A DNA stretch of 64,000 bases from an uncultured Planctomycetaceae bacterium (GTDB lineage Bacteria; Planctomycetota; Planctomycetia; Planctomycetales; Planctomycetaceae), in assembly GCA_963813715.1 (NCBI GenBank), contig CAWFAK010000015.1, positions 1 through 64,000 of the forward strand, given 5' to 3'. The position numbers were made by a program, and so were the translations under genes. The notes under the pieces are model-generated. The model searched no databases, was not told the origin of the DNA, and saw only the letters and a program-made list of their open reading frames with translations. Shown one piece after another: positions 34,358-46,575 of this stretch (its first letter is position 1; every line of letters starts with the position of its first letter).

Positions 34358-34927
34358 ATGATCCTCAGCGGAAACGAGATTCGGGCGCGGCTGAACGGGG
34401 ATATCGTTATCGATCCCTTCCAGGAAGAGCAGCTCAACCCCAACAGCTACAACCTGAGGCTGCATAACGAGCTGTTAGCCTACGAGGAAATTGTCCTCGA
34501 TATGCGCCGGCCGAATCGCTTTCGGCGGCACGTGATTCCGCCCGAAGGGCTGGTGCTCGATCCCAATCGGCTCTATCTGGGGCGGACGATCGAGCGGACC
34601 GAGACGCACAACCTGGTGCCGATGCTAGAGGGACGCTCGTCGATCGGCCGGCTGGGTCTGTTCGTGCACGTGACGGCCGGCTTCGGCGACGTCGGCTTCT
34701 GCGGCTACTGGACGCTCGAGATGTTCGCGGTCCACCCGGTGCGGATTTACGCGAACGTGCAGATCGCCCAGATCTTCTATCATACGGTCGAGGGCGAGGT
34801 GACCGAGTACCACAGCGAGAAGTATCAGAACAACCGCGACATCCAACCAAGCTTGCTCTTCAAAGAAATGGAGTCGCTGGAAGACCGCCAGATGCGGCTG
34901 GCATTCGGCCAGGAACGTGCCGAGTGA
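34358..34927 (+). CDS. dcd: dCTP deaminase
   Basis: MILSG, QLNPNSYNLRL, EGRSSIGRLG, HVTAGFGDVGFCG and TLE. Confidence 0.93.
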   Translation: MILSGNEIRARLNGDIVIDPFQEEQLNPNSYNLRLHNELLAYEEIVLDMRRPNRFRRHVIPPEGLVLDPNRLYLGRTIERTETHNLVPMLEGRSSIGRLGLFVHVTAGFGDVGFCGYWTLEMFAVHPVRIYANVQIAQIFYHTVEGEVTEYHSEKYQNNRDIQPSLLFKEMESLEDRQMRLAFGQERAE

Positions 34928-35445
34928 ATCGCGACGGCCGCGCGGCTCATGTGCGCGTCGAAAAGATCGTGAGCGGCGGGCAAACGGGTGTCGACCGGGC
35001 CGCGCTCGACGTCGCGCTGGGGATGGGCCTCAATTGCGGCGGCTGGTGCCCGAAAGGCCGCCGCGCCGAAGACGGGCCGATTCCCAACCGCTACCCGCTC
35101 GTGGAAACAAGCTCAGCCACCTATTCCCAGCGGACGAAGCGCAACGTCCGAGACTCCGACGCCACGCTCATTCTGTGCTGCGGCCCGCCGCGCGGCGGCA
35201 CCTTGCTCACGCAGCGGACGGCCGACGAGCGGAACAAGCCGTGCTTGCTGGTCGACCTGGACGCGCGCGCGGCCGTGGACACGATCCGCGCGTGGCTGAG
35301 CGAACAGCCGATCCGCATCTTGAACGTGGCCGGCCCGCGCGAAAGCCAGTCCCCGGGCATCACGCTGCAGGCGACTCGCGTCTTGCACGAGTGCCTGACG
35401 AGTCCGCCCACGCTCCCAACCACGGCGAGCGAAAAGCGAGGTTAA
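34924..35445 (+). CDS. Putative molybdenum carrier / SLOG-family protein
   Basis: IVSGGQTGVDRAALD, GGWCPKGR, RTKRNVRDSDATL and LNVAGPRES. Confidence 0.85.
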   Translation: MNRDGRAAHVRVEKIVSGGQTGVDRAALDVALGMGLNCGGWCPKGRRAEDGPIPNRYPLVETSSATYSQRTKRNVRDSDATLILCCGPPRGGTLLTQRTADERNKPCLLVDLDARAAVDTIRAWLSEQPIRILNVAGPRESQSPGITLQATRVLHECLTSPPTLPTTASEKRG

Positions 35446-35530
35446 TCGGCCACCTCGTGTTGCCGTGTGGGTAACTGTCGCCTCGACGTTTTTCCTCAGC
35501 GAAAGGCAGTCGAGCGCGTGCTCGCGCACA

Positions 35531-37272
35531 TTAAGCGGGCGGTTGAGCGCTCGGTTTCGGCTTCGGGAGGCTCGCCGTCGGCAGCGTCAGGCGAAAGATC
35601 GCCGATTCGCCCGGCTTGGAATCGCAGGTGAGCGTGCCGCCGCAGCCTTCGACGATCGAGCGGCTGATCGGCAGCCCCAGGCCCAAACCACTCGACTTGG
35701 TGGAGTAGAAGCGATCGAAGATCTTAGGCAAATCGTCGGCGGCGATGCCGGGGCCGTTGTCGGCGACGACCACCTCCGCCTGTCCGTCAGCCGTCAACTG
35801 CGTGGTAATCGTGATGCGGGGGGACTCAAGCATGAATTCTGAGACGGCGTGGATGGAGTTGGAGAGCAGGTTGACGAGCACCTGCGTGATCTGCACGCCG
35901 TCCGCTTCGACGGGCTGCAGGTCGTGGTCGGGTCGCAACGTGACCGACACTCCGTGGTGCCGCCGCTCCAGCCGCGTGAACTGCAGCGCGTCGGCAACGA
36001 TGGTGTTGAGGTTGACCAGTTCGCGCTCCGGCTCGCGGCGACGGATGAATTCGCGGATGCGGCGCAGCACCTCGGCCACGCGCATCGACTCGGCCGCGAT
36101 CTCGCGGAGCCGGTCTTTGAGCGCGCCGACGGTCAGCTGCCCTTTCTTCAGGCGCCGCAGGCTGCCGTTGGCGTAATTGGCGATGACGCCCAGTGGCTGA
36201 TGGATCTCGTGGGCCATGTCGGCCAGGAGCTCGCCCATCACGCTTAACCGGGCGGCGTGGTCGAGCCGCAGTTGCACGTCGCGGACCTGTTCTTCGGCTT
36301 TCTTTAGCTTCGACAATTCGATGACGAAGAAGACGGTTTCGTCGCCATCGGGTTCCAAGAGCGCCCCGCCGAGGAGCACCGGCACCCGGCTGCCGTCTTT
36401 GCGGAAATATTCCTTTTCCCACGGCGTCACTCGGCCCATGCGCCGCAGCTCTTCGTTGCCGCGGACATTCCCCTCCACCCATTCGGCAGGCGTCATCAGG
36501 TCCCAGCGCAGGGGAGATCCTTGCGCGAGTAGCCGGTCATCTCCAAAAAAGCGTCGTTGGCGTCGTGGATGGTGCCGTGGACGTCGGCGAAGATCACGCC
36601 GACGATATTCGCCTCAAACAGGCGGCGGAACCGCAAGTTGGTTCGCTCAAACGCCGCTTCGACCTGCTTACGCTGCTCGATCTCGCGCTCGAGGTTCTCG
36701 ACGGATCGCGAGAGTTCGGCCGTGCGCAACTGGACGTTTTGCGCCAGCTCCGCCTCGCTGCGCTTCAGTTCGATTTCCGCCAGCTTGCGCTCGGTGATGT
36801 CTTCGGCCAGCCCCACCAGTCGATCGAGTTCCCCCTCCGCGCCCTTGATCGGCGAGACAACGCTGCGCAGCCAGCGGATCTCGCCGCCGGCCGTGATGAT
36901 GCGATACTCCATTTCGACCCGGCCGCGGATCCGGCCCGAGGCGCGATCGCCGACGGTTTCGCGGACGATGTCCCGATCGTCGGGATGGACCAGGCGCGTC
37001 CACGCCAGCAGGTCGTTCGACAGCGTGTCGCGCGAGTAGCCGGTGACCCGCTCGAACGCCGGGCTGACGTAATAGGCCCGGTTCCAGTCGGCCGAAATCA
37101 GAAACAGGATCTGTTCGAGCGACTCGACCAGGTCATGGATTGTCGATTGCTCGTCGCTCCGCGGGCGAGGCGCTGCGACTGGGCCATTGCCATTATCGTT
37201 GTGGGAGCCAGTGCCGTCGGCCGCTTCGATCTCTGTGGGGGAGACGGATGTTAGGTTTTTGAGGGGCGGCAT
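35531..37272 (-). CDS. PAS-PAS sensor histidine kinase (frameshift near 36500)
   Basis: Two PAS/PAC domains; H-box AHEIHQPL; QVLVNLLSN, DNGPG and GLGLGL. Confidence 0.9.
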
Positions 37273-38520
37273 GTCTCAATCTCCGCCTGCCACGCCTCGT
37301 AGGCGTCGGCTCGGGCCGGGTCGAGCACGGGCAAATTGCCCGCGGGGAAGAGGTGCGTGTATTTCAAGCCTGTCCCCGTATTGTAGAGGACGATCCGCTC
37401 GCCGGGCTTAATCCAACCCTGATCGGCCAGGCGTTTTGCCGCCGCCCAAACGGCCCCCGCTTCCGGACACACGAAATTGCCCAGCATTTGCGACATTTCC
37501 CGCGTGCCCGCCAAGAGTTCCGCGTCCGAGACAGCGATGGCCGTCCCGTGACTGTCGCGTAGGGCCGTGAGCATGAGGAAGTCGCCGATGGCGGCCGGGA
37601 CCCGCAGGCCCGAGGCGACGGTTTGCGCATTGGGGAACGGCTCGGCGTGTGTCAGCCCCTGCTCGAAGGCCCGCACGATCGGCGCAGTGTTCGGCCTGGA
37701 CGGCGACCATTCGCGGCCGCTCGGAACCGATCCAGCCGAGTCGCTGCATCTCGTCAAAGGCTTTCCACATGCCGATCAGTCCGGTGCCGCCGCCGGTGGG
37801 ATAAAAGACGACGTCGGGGAGGGCCAGTCGGCCGGTGGCCTCGTCGGCGCAGTCGAAGGCGAGCTCGTAGCCCATCGTCTTCTTGCCCTCCACGCGAAAG
37901 GGCTCTTTCAGCGTGGACAGGTCGAACCAGCCGAGCTGGTCGCACGCTTTGCGAATCAATTTGCCGCAGTCGCTGATCAATCCCTTGACCAGTCCGACCT
38001 GGGCCCCAGCGACGACCGCCTCAACCACGTTGGCTGCCGGCGTGTCTTCGGGCATTAGCACGAAGCACGATAGACCGGCACGGGCGGCGTAGGCGGCTGC
38101 CGCTCCTCCCGCGTTTCCGGCCGAGGGCAGGGCGACGGTCGTGGCGCCGAGCGCCTTGGCCCGCGTGATGGCGGCCGCCATGCCCCGGGCCTTAAAGCTG
38201 CCCGTCGGGTTGAACGACTCGTCCTTGACGAACAGCCGACGAAAATTAGCCAGCGGCCCGCAGCCGCGCACCGGCAACAGAGGCGTCATCCCTTCGCCCA
38301 GCGAGACGGCCTCCTCGCGGCGATCGATGGGGAGCACCTCGGCGAACTTCCAGAGCGATCGCTCGCTCCGCCGCCGCACGACGTCCGGAGTAAACGTGGC
38401 GGCCAGCTTTTCGAGGTCATATTCCGCGAGCAAGGGGCGCGAGCAAACCTCGCAGACGTTCTGCAATCGATCGATGGCATGCGCGCGCCCGCAGACCGCG
38501 CATTTCAAAGCAGTGTGCAC
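37251..38520 (-). CDS. thrC: Threonine synthase (frameshift near 37685)
   Basis: SLGEGMTPL, NPTGSFKARG, SAGNAG, EGKKTMGYE and PTGGGTG. Confidence 0.85.
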
Positions 38521-38998
38521 GGGGTTTGGCTCCTCCGGTCCACAATCGAAACCATTACTCTAGCAGCACCCGAGCCCGAATGACTCGATTGCTCCGACGC
38601 GATCTTACCAGGCGGCCTAGGCATTCATTGGTGATCGGAGTGGGGCCGGTGCTCAGAGTGGTGAAGGAAGAAATCGCTTCCTTGCATCGATGCATTCACC
38701 CCTTTCGGGGTTCACGCAAGCGAGTGCGAGAGGAGCGCTGCCGTTTGGCGCCCCAGCTGCTGTTTTGTTTGATTGCCCACAAATCTCATGTGATGAAAGT
38801 AACATTTTCCCATTTTTTTTGGGCACAACGAGTTTTTTGGCATTTTTGCCAGGGCAAAAATATTGACCGTCAAATTTTCAGCAGCTCTGATAGGTGGCGT
38901 CGTGATTGAAAGCCCGTTTGGGCGATGCTGGCTTTGAATTTTCCGCTGGTCCAGCGCCAGCACCGGGAGTCGTTGTCTTTTGTGAATAGGGGACTGTC

Positions 38999-40287
38999 AT
39001 GCCAAGAAAGAGAAAGTCGGGGTTTACACTGATCGAGCTCTTGGTGGTGATCGCCATCATCGCCGTCTTGATTGCGCTTTTGTTGCCGGCTGTTCAGGCC
39101 GCACGCGAGGCGGCTCGCCGCACCCAGTGCCGTAACAACCTCAAGCAGATGGGAATTGCCGAGCACAACTACCACGACGTCGCCAATTCGTTCACGCCAG
39201 CGGTGACCTACTCCCCGTTTACTTATTGGCCCGTTTGTTCGTGTTGCGGGAAGTACAAAAAAGGCTGTCCCTACAATATCAACCCTTGCTGCCCTGCGTA
39301 CCAAGGGCTGTATATCTTCAACTCGGATTTCCACTTCTGGGGCGAAAAGCTGCTTGCGTTCTCGGACGCAAACACGGTCTACAGCAGGATCAACATGAAC
39401 GTTTGGATGGAGCCGCCGTGCTGTGGCTCCGGATTTAATGCGCCGCCTTGCGGCCCGGGGTGTTATTTCAAAAAGTGTGGCGTCAACGTGAGTTGCCCGA
39501 ACAGGGATGCCTGCGCAGCGAGTCGCCCGGGCGCAGCCGTGATCCCCATGTTCATTTGTCCTTCTTCTCCGCGAACAACTAATCCGTTTGTCGAGATCCA
39601 GGAATTCCTCTGCCCATGCGTCTACCCCACATTTCCAAAATGTCTCCTCTTCCCGCAGCTCTCGGCGCCAGCGACTACGCCCCGGGATCAGGCTACGGCC
39701 ATTTTACGGGGCTTGATAATGCGTACTTGCTGCTGAACAACGGGCAGCAGCAGGCGAGCACGATTGGGCCATTGAACCTCTTCGAACAACAAGTCGGGAT
39801 CGACAAGATCACCGACGGCACGTCCACGACAATCTTGATTGCCGAGCTGGCCGGCCGGCCCCAGTGGTGGATCCGCGGCAAACGGGCGGACGGCGGCCCA
39901 TGTCTCTACGGTGCCCCTTTCGCAAATTCCAGTTTCAGGTGGGAAGGCTTCATCAACAGCAATTTTGGCGGCTGCTGGTCGTGCTTCCAGAACGGCTACA
40001 TGGAGATGGAAGGGTCGAACTTCAGCGGCACGTACATTTCGGGGTACCAACCAACCAATACAAGCCCCCCATATGGTCTCTACGTGGCCGCCCCGGGATC
40101 GCCGGTCTGCATGATCAACTGCGTCAACGGCTGGGGGCTCAACTACTACAGCTTCCATCCGGGCTCTTGCAATTTCCTGTTCTGCGACGGCTCGGTGCAC
40201 AGTCTCAGCGAGAACATCAGCATCAATACCTTGGCCCGGCTGATGACGTATCGCGGCCGTGCCGCCGTCACCGATTCTTCGTTCTAG
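38999..40287 (+). CDS. DUF1559 prepilin-type protein, Cys-rich (frameshift near 39655)
   Basis: [14 protein letters not shown]...[41 protein letters not shown] (H-X9-DG). Confidence 0.92.
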
Positions 40288-40413
40288 CAAACTTCGGTCG
40301 ATGACGTTGGGACTTCTGCCGCCGCCGGCGCGCGAAACCCGCCCGGACTGGCGGCAGAATCTTTTCCCGACCCAATCGCTCATTTCTTGATACCGGGAAT
40401 TGGAGAACTTCGC

Positions 40414-41037
40414 ATGTGTTTCCCAGTGCGCCGCGCGCCGCAACGGCTGCTTATGAGTGTCGCGGCATGTCTTTTCCTTCTGGCCGCCTTCCCAGGATGT
40501 AACGAAAGCCAACTCGACCATGCCGCTGATGAGCAAGCGAAGGAGATCGGGTTCGCCAAGCAGAAATTGGCGAAGCTAGTCGGCCGCGTGACTGTCGACG
40601 GACAACCGCCTGCAGGAGACACGTCTCTGGTTGTGATCTTGAACGATCCCGAGCACCTCGGTGCGACTGCCAACGGCAAACGTCCCCAAGTGTTCAGCGT
40701 TTGCAGCGGCCAGGGGGACTTCGCCATCATGACGAAACCGGGGAAGTACATCGTCACGTTTGTGCAGCTCCATCAGGCCGAAATCCCACGCGGCACCAGA
40801 CCGGCTGGAAGGGGACTAGGCCCCAGCGGCCCAATGAGCCGGGGGAATCTCCTGCCACCAGACGAGCTCAAGAACCTTTACAACGATCCCGACAAGAACG
40901 CGAAAGAAGAGAAGTTCAAACTGGATTTGAAACTTCCCGGCCAGGAAGATTATCAAGTTGACTTGGCAGTCACGGGGAAGGAGCCGGTCGAAACGCCCGG
41001 CCACAATGCAGTGACGCTGCTCATGTCTCGCGGATGA
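40414..41037 (+). CDS. Secreted/lipoprotein partner of DUF1559 gene
   Basis: Hydrophobic signal ending FPGC; GRVTVDGQP; DELKNLYNDPD motif shared with 45111-45677. Confidence 0.8.
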   Translation: MCFPVRRAPQRLLMSVAACLFLLAAFPGCNESQLDHAADEQAKEIGFAKQKLAKLVGRVTVDGQPPAGDTSLVVILNDPEHLGATANGKRPQVFSVCSGQGDFAIMTKPGKYIVTFVQLHQAEIPRGTRPAGRGLGPSGPMSRGNLLPPDELKNLYNDPDKNAKEEKFKLDLKLPGQEDYQVDLAVTGKEPVETPGHNAVTLLMSRG

Positions 41038-41105
41038 GCGCGTCTCGGGAACGGGCGACGGGGCGATCCCTCATCGAAAGCCTTAAACCGGCCGGAGGAA
41101 ATCGC

Positions 41106-41672
41106 TCACGCGGAGGCCGGCGGCGGATCGTCTTCCAAGAGCGTCAGCGTGCGGATGCGATGTTCGGCAGCTTCCTGTTCCCACAGATGGCGGACGCGGT
41201 TGAGGCCGAACGTGCAGAGCTCGAATTCCTCGCTCAGTCGGCGGAGGATCGGCGCTTCGCGGTCGTAGGGCTTTTCGTCGAACGTGCTCGCCAGGTAGTA
41301 GGAGCGCTTCCCCTGCACAAAGTAGTCGACAAGGTGGTCCTGGCGGTCGGGCGATTGCATCGGCGAGAGCGCCTCGGGATAAACGCCCGCCCAGAAGAGG
41401 GTGAAGTCGCCGATGTGGCGATAGACCTCGCGCTGCGGATTCGATTGGCGCTGTTCCGCCTCGGCCATCATTTCGGCGACTTCGTGCAGGCGGCGTCCGC
41501 GGGGATCGCGGACTTTGAAGATCGCGTCCATGCGAACAAAGCGAAACAGCAGATCGACCAAGTAATCGATCAGGGGTGGATCGGCGAGGCCCAAGTCGAC
41601 CTCGAAGGTATGTTCGGTGGTTGCGGCGAAGACGCGGCGGAGCGAATCGCCGTCGGCAAGAACGGGCTTCAT
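41106..41672 (-). CDS. Conserved hypothetical protein
   Basis: YRHIGDFTLFWAGVYPE...GKRSYYLAS; clean ORF. Confidence 0.75.
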   Translation of the reverse strand: MKPVLADGDSLRRVFAATTEHTFEVDLGLADPPLIDYLVDLLFRFVRMDAIFKVRDPRGRRLHEVAEMMAEAEQRQSNPQREVYRHIGDFTLFWAGVYPEALSPMQSPDRQDHLVDYFVQGKRSYYLASTFDEKPYDREAPILRRLSEEFELCTFGLNRVRHLWEQEAAEHRIRTLTLLEDDPPPASA

Positions 41673-41886
41673 TCTCACTCCCTGCTGATCGATTCCTTTC
41701 CGCTGGCTCGGGCGCGACTGCGAGTGGATGAATCTGGGTTGAAATGGGCCCGCGCTCGGCCGCTTCGTCCGGCCTGCGACGTCTTAAATCAATTCTAGCC
41801 GCTGAACGCACCCCGCGTGGGGAGTCGGTTGCAAGTTTTTTCGGCCAAACGAACGCCATGATTGTCGCCGATCGCCGCGTTGGTCC

Positions 41887-42941
41887 TCAGGTCGCTGCCG
41901 CTTCCTCGAAGGGTCCGGGCGTCCTCCAGAAGCCGCACAGCACAATGCCGAATTCGTAGAGGATGACCAGCGGCACGAACAACAGGGCCATCGACCCCAT
42001 GTCGCCGCCGGGATTGACGACCATCGAGGTGACGGCCATCACGAAGATCGCCAACCTCCGCCGCGACCGGTAATCGCTCACGCTGAAGATGCCGATCCGC
42101 TCGAGAAACAGCATGATCAGCGGGAGCTGAAAACAAATGCCGAACATGAGCGGCAGAAGGATAACAAAACTCACCCATTCGGAAAGGCGAATTGTCGGGA
42201 CGACGCCCAGCCAGCTGTTGTAGCTGAGCAGAAAGTCGAGCAAGAGCGGCAGCGCCAGGAAGAAGCAAAAGAACACGCCGCCCAGAAACAGCCCCAGGCT
42301 CAGCGGCAAGTAGACATGCACGTAGCGTCGCTCGTGTGGATAAAGTCCAGCCGCCACGAACTGCCACATCTGGTAGAAGATCCAGGGGCTGGCGAAGACG
42401 ATCGCGCTCACCAGCGAGACCTTGATATACATCATGAACGCCTCCTGGACGTTGAGCGTGACGGGGCGACTCGCTTGCTCGGTCGTCTGGCGGAAATCGC
42501 GAAATTCGGCCGCCGATAGGGGGATCGACACTGCCTTTTCGCCCTCGGCCGCGGGCGTCTCGGGATACCGCTTGGGATCGGCCGCGTGCAGCGCGTGGAC
42601 CAGGTCGCTCGGCTTCACGTGGACTTGAATCGTGGTCTGGTCGGTGGGGGGCGGCGGAGGAGGGGCGCTTCTTGCTGAATTTCCTTCGACTTGCTGAACC
42701 ACCCCGTGACCTGCGTCCAGAAGGTGGTGGTCTCCTCCTCGTTATAGAGCTTGTTGCGCTGTAGGGCCCGATCGATGGGCTGGCGAATGACGGCGACCAG
42801 GTAGTTGCCCCAAATGAGCGTGCAGATGCTGACGAGCACGAGGCCGATAATCGCCTTGAAGAGATGGATCCGCAGCGCTTCGAGGTGCTCCCCGAAGGTC
42901 ATCGTGGTCTCGTTGAAGAGATCTTTCGACTCGTTGGGCAT
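41887..42941 (-). CDS. tatC: Twin-arginine translocase subunit TatC (frameshifted)
   Basis: MTFGEHLEALR; YQMWQFVAAGLYPHERR; FGICFQLP; LYEFGI. Confidence 0.92.
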
Positions 42942-43650
42942 CGCGTCGTCCTTCTCGTCGTCTGTCCGTTGTCACGGGTCGTGGCCCGCCGGCTCGCCGC
43001 AGGCGGTTCACCGACTGGACCAGCCGCGCGTCGCCAGGGCGAAGCGGGCGCGCGCCGCTGGGCGACTTGTTTGGGAACGGCCCGGGGCGACTCCGCGCTC
43101 GTCAGCCGGCGCGCCGCTCCTTTTCATCGGAGCGATCGGACGGAATCACCGGCAGGCGGCCGGGGCGATGGCAGGCAGCGCGAGCGCCGGCCTGCGACCG
43201 TAACCACTCGGTTCGCCCGCACAAGAGGGCAGGAGAGAAGAGCGGTAAGCTCAAGCTGTATTCTAATCTCGGCCTGCACCCGGTCAACTTTCGGACGAAT
43301 GCTCGCGAGGCAGCACCGGGACCTAGGGGCCGGCGCGGTCGCCCAGCGGCGAGTTTTTTTACACTCGCGCTTGACGGCCTCTTCAGGTCACGGTACTGAT
43401 ATTCTGATCATCATCAGAATAAAGCCCGGCCGTCGCGGGCCTATGTGAAGAGTTAGCGGACGACACAGTACGCGCTTTGGATTGAGAAGGGCACCCGGCC
43501 GCCTCCGGATTTCGCGGGGACCGCCTGCGCGTGCCGCGTCCGCAATCAGCCGAACGGATTCACCTCGTCGGATCGTTTCTCTTTCGGCGTCGGCTGTTCG
43601 AACAAATTGTGCCGCTGCGTGATTTTTCATTTGTTATTGAGGAGCGCTTC

Positions 43651-44913
43651 ATGGAAACCTCGATTCTCGCCCGATCGATACGCGCCGCCAATCGGCGTCC
43701 GCGGGGATTCACCCTGATCGAGCTACTGGTGGTGATCGCGATCATCGCCGTGCTGATCGCCCTCTTGTTGCCGGCCGTGCAGGCCGCACGGGAGGCGGCG
43801 CGTCGCAGCCAGTGCCGGAACAACCTCAAGCAAATTGCCCTGGCGGCGCACAACTATCACGACGTGGCCAACACGTTTCCGCCGGCCTTCGATCTGCTGC
43901 TGCAGTCGCACGCCGGGGCGTTTTGCCTCTTCTGCCCGGCCTTCCCGTGCTGCGGCTACTGCCACACCGACGGAAACATTCACGTTTGGGCGGAGCGGCT
44001 GCTCGTGTACGTGGAAGCGACGACCGTTTACCAAAAGATCTGCATGAACGCGCCAATTTTCTCGCCCGTGAATTTGCAGGCGCCTCCCTTTACTGCCGGC
44101 TGTTACACCGCGCTCAATTCGGGCTCGTGCTGCGCGGGCTTAACCCGTCCGGCCGCGGCCATTATTCCAATCTTCACCTGCCCGTCCGCTCCGCGAATCA
44201 ACAACCCGTTCCAGGAAAGCGGCCTGGTGACCGAGTTCACCGGCGGTTTGATTCCGTGCAACCCGGTGGGACTCAAACCCTACTGGGCCGGCGCCAGCGA
44301 CTACACCGCCATTAATTGCTACTGCTGCGGTCTGGCCAACGCCTACGACAATGCCACCAATCCTTGCGATCCCCAGGGGCACGCCTCGTTCTGCACGGCT
44401 CAAGGCGACGTCCGCCGGGCCGGCGTCCTCAACTGGTTGAGCATTCGGCACGGTTACGGCCCGACGTCGATCGACATGATCACCGACGGCACGTCGACGA
44501 CCATCTTCTGTGCCGAACTGGGCGGTCGTCCCGACCTGTGGGTCCGCGGCGTGAAGAAGATCGCCAGTTGCGCCTGCCAGGGTGGTAACCTCGTGCCCGT
44601 CACTCCAAGCGGGTTCCCCGCGCCGCCGGCCAACGCGGGCGGCTGCTGGGGCTGCCTCGACAATGCATACAGCCAGCTGTACGGCTCGACGTTTTCGGGC
44701 GGAACTGCCCCTACAACGGGAACGGCGCCGGTCTGCTTCATCAACTGCACCAACCAGGCGAAGATGAATCTCTACAGCTTCCATCCCGGTTCGTGCGGCC
44801 TGGCGATGTGCGACGGCTCGGCCCACATGGTCAGCGAAAACATCGGCCTCATCCCCTTCTGCCGCATGGTCACGTACAGCGGAAGGGCACCGGTCACGGA
44901 TAGTTCGTTCTAA
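43651..44913 (+). CDS. DUF1559 prepilin-type protein, Cys-rich
   Basis: GFTLIELL N-methylation motif; [25 protein letters not shown]. Confidence 0.93.
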   Translation: METSILARSIRAANRRPRGFTLIELLVVIAIIAVLIALLLPAVQAAREAARRSQCRNNLKQIALAAHNYHDVANTFPPAFDLLLQSHAGAFCLFCPAFPCCGYCHTDGNIHVWAERLLVYVEATTVYQKICMNAPIFSPVNLQAPPFTAGCYTALNSGSCCAGLTRPAAAIIPIFTCPSAPRINNPFQESGLVTEFTGGLIPCNPVGLKPYWAGASDYTAINCYCCGLANAYDNATNPCDPQGHASFCTAQGDVRRAGVLNWLSIRHGYGPTSIDMITDGTSTTIFCAELGGRPDLWVRGVKKIASCACQGGNLVPVTPSGFPAPPANAGGCWGCLDNAYSQLYGSTFSGGTAPTTGTAPVCFINCTNQAKMNLYSFHPGSCGLAMCDGSAHMVSENIGLIPFCRMVTYSGRAPVTDSSF

Positions 44914-45110
44914 TCGGGCGGCCTACAGCCGCGCGAGCGATAATCGTAACGATCGAGTCCAGGGGCCGCGCGCGTGTGCGGCCCCTGGACTGTTTTCCGT
45001 TTGACGGTCGGCCGCTCGTCAGGCGGCCGCGTGACGCCGCGATCCTCGCGGGAGCGGCCAAGTCGCCCGCCTGTGGATCGCCGAGAGAAAGTGCAAAACG
45101 AGGTCGAGGA

Positions 45111-45677
45111 ATGAAACGGCAGCGCGTGTATTGTTTGCCAGCCGGATTGGTCGTGGCGTCGCTTCTGTGCATCACGGCGGGAGGCTGCAATCACACTCCG
45201 ACAGAGGCTGAGGCGATCAAGAAATCGCTCGAAATCAACGGGCGGCCCGAAACGTCCGTCGTGAAGTTTTCCGGCAGCGTGACCGTCGACGGCCAGGCCC
45301 CGGAGATCGAACGACGCACCCCCTTGTTCGTCATCGCCTACGACCCCAAGCACCCGCCCAAGGGTCGCCAGACGCCGTTCTTGACGCGCTGCGATAAGAA
45401 GGGACACTTCGAGTTCAACACTTACAGCACGGGAGACGGCCTGGCTGCCGGCTCTTACATCGTGCTCTTCGCCTGGCCGAAGGCCGACGGCGACGCACTC
45501 AAGAACCTCTACAACGACCCGGACGTCAACGCCAAAGAGGAAAAGTTTCACATCGAGCTGACGCCTCCCGGGAAGACAGATTGGTCCTTCGACCTGCAAG
45601 TCGCGGGCAAGGATCCCAATACCTCTCCGGGCGAGCATGCAGTGATGGCCGACCGGGGCAAGAGGAAAGGTCGCTGA
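45111..45677 (+). CDS. Secreted/lipoprotein partner of DUF1559 gene
   Basis: Signal ending AGGC; GSVTVDGQ; DALKNLYNDPD. Confidence 0.8.
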   Translation: MKRQRVYCLPAGLVVASLLCITAGGCNHTPTEAEAIKKSLEINGRPETSVVKFSGSVTVDGQAPEIERRTPLFVIAYDPKHPPKGRQTPFLTRCDKKGHFEFNTYSTGDGLAAGSYIVLFAWPKADGDALKNLYNDPDVNAKEEKFHIELTPPGKTDWSFDLQVAGKDPNTSPGEHAVMADRGKRKGR

Positions 45678-45715
45678 GCCCCGGCCCCCGTTCGCAAGCG
45701 GAGAAAGAAATCGCG

Positions 45716-46510
45716 ATGGCTACTCTCGCACGCCTTTTCCACCGATCCCGATTATCGGCCGACACCCGGCGGACGTACGAGGAGGCCGGCTTCGTCGTGC
45801 TGCGCGGAGTCTTCGCCGACGACGAAATGTCCCGCCTGTCGTCCGCGGCTAATGGGCTGCTCGCGAGGACCGACTTGATCGACAAGCAGAACCTCCGCTG
45901 CCGCTTTCAAGGGAATTGCGCGGGAGGCGAGTGCCTGTTCGAGACCTTCGATCCCGTGATCGACTTGTCCCCGGCGATTCGGGCGGTCGCCGTCGATCCC
46001 CGCATCCTCGACCTGTTGGGCGAGTTTTACGGCGAAGCGGCCTGCCTCTTCAAGGACAAGTTGATCTTCAAGCCTCCCGGCGCGATGGGATACGGCCTGC
46101 ACCAGGACTATATCGCCTGGCCCGGTTTCCCGCGGAGCTTTCTCACCGTGCTCTTGCCGCTCGACGTGACCAACGCGGAGAACGGCGGCACCGAGGTCTT
46201 CACCGGGCTGCATCGCCAGGGGGCTCTCTCGCCCGAAGATGGCGAGTATCACGAACTGTCCGAGGATGTGGTTCGCAGCGCATCGAGCGTTCTGCTGGAC
46301 CTTGAACCGGGCGACATGGCGGTCTTCGGCGCCTTTGCGCCGCATCGCTCGGCCCCCAACCGCTCGCAGGGCTGGCGACGCCAACTTTACTTGAGCTACA
46401 ACGCGGCCTCCGACGGGGGCGACCAACGGACGGCCCACTACCGCGAGTTTCACCGGTTCCTCCGCCGCAAATATGCCGAGTACGGACTGACCGACACCTA
46501 TTTTCTTTGA
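45716..46510 (+). CDS. Phytanoyl-CoA dioxygenase (PhyH) family Fe(II)/2OG oxygenase
   Basis: YEEAGFVVL; KPPG...LHQD (HxD); distal HRSAPNRS...RR. Confidence 0.9.
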   Translation: MATLARLFHRSRLSADTRRTYEEAGFVVLRGVFADDEMSRLSSAANGLLARTDLIDKQNLRCRFQGNCAGGECLFETFDPVIDLSPAIRAVAVDPRILDLLGEFYGEAACLFKDKLIFKPPGAMGYGLHQDYIAWPGFPRSFLTVLLPLDVTNAENGGTEVFTGLHRQGALSPEDGEYHELSEDVVRSASSVLLDLEPGDMAVFGAFAPHRSAPNRSQGWRRQLYLSYNAASDGGDQRTAHYREFHRFLRRKYAEYGLTDTYFL

Positions 46511-46575
46511 CACAGGTTGGCGACTCTTAATACCGGTTGCCGACGCGATTTCGAGAACGGCAGAGACCCCTTTCC

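Noticed and set aside
42950..43640. tatA/tatB or a structured RNA upstream of tatC
   Set aside because: No short TM+amphipathic ORF and no RNA family motif that I could recognise.
38999..44913. Diversity-generating retroelement acting on the DUF1559 paralogs
   Set aside because: No reverse transcriptase in the window and no near-identical template/variable repeat pair differing only at adenines.
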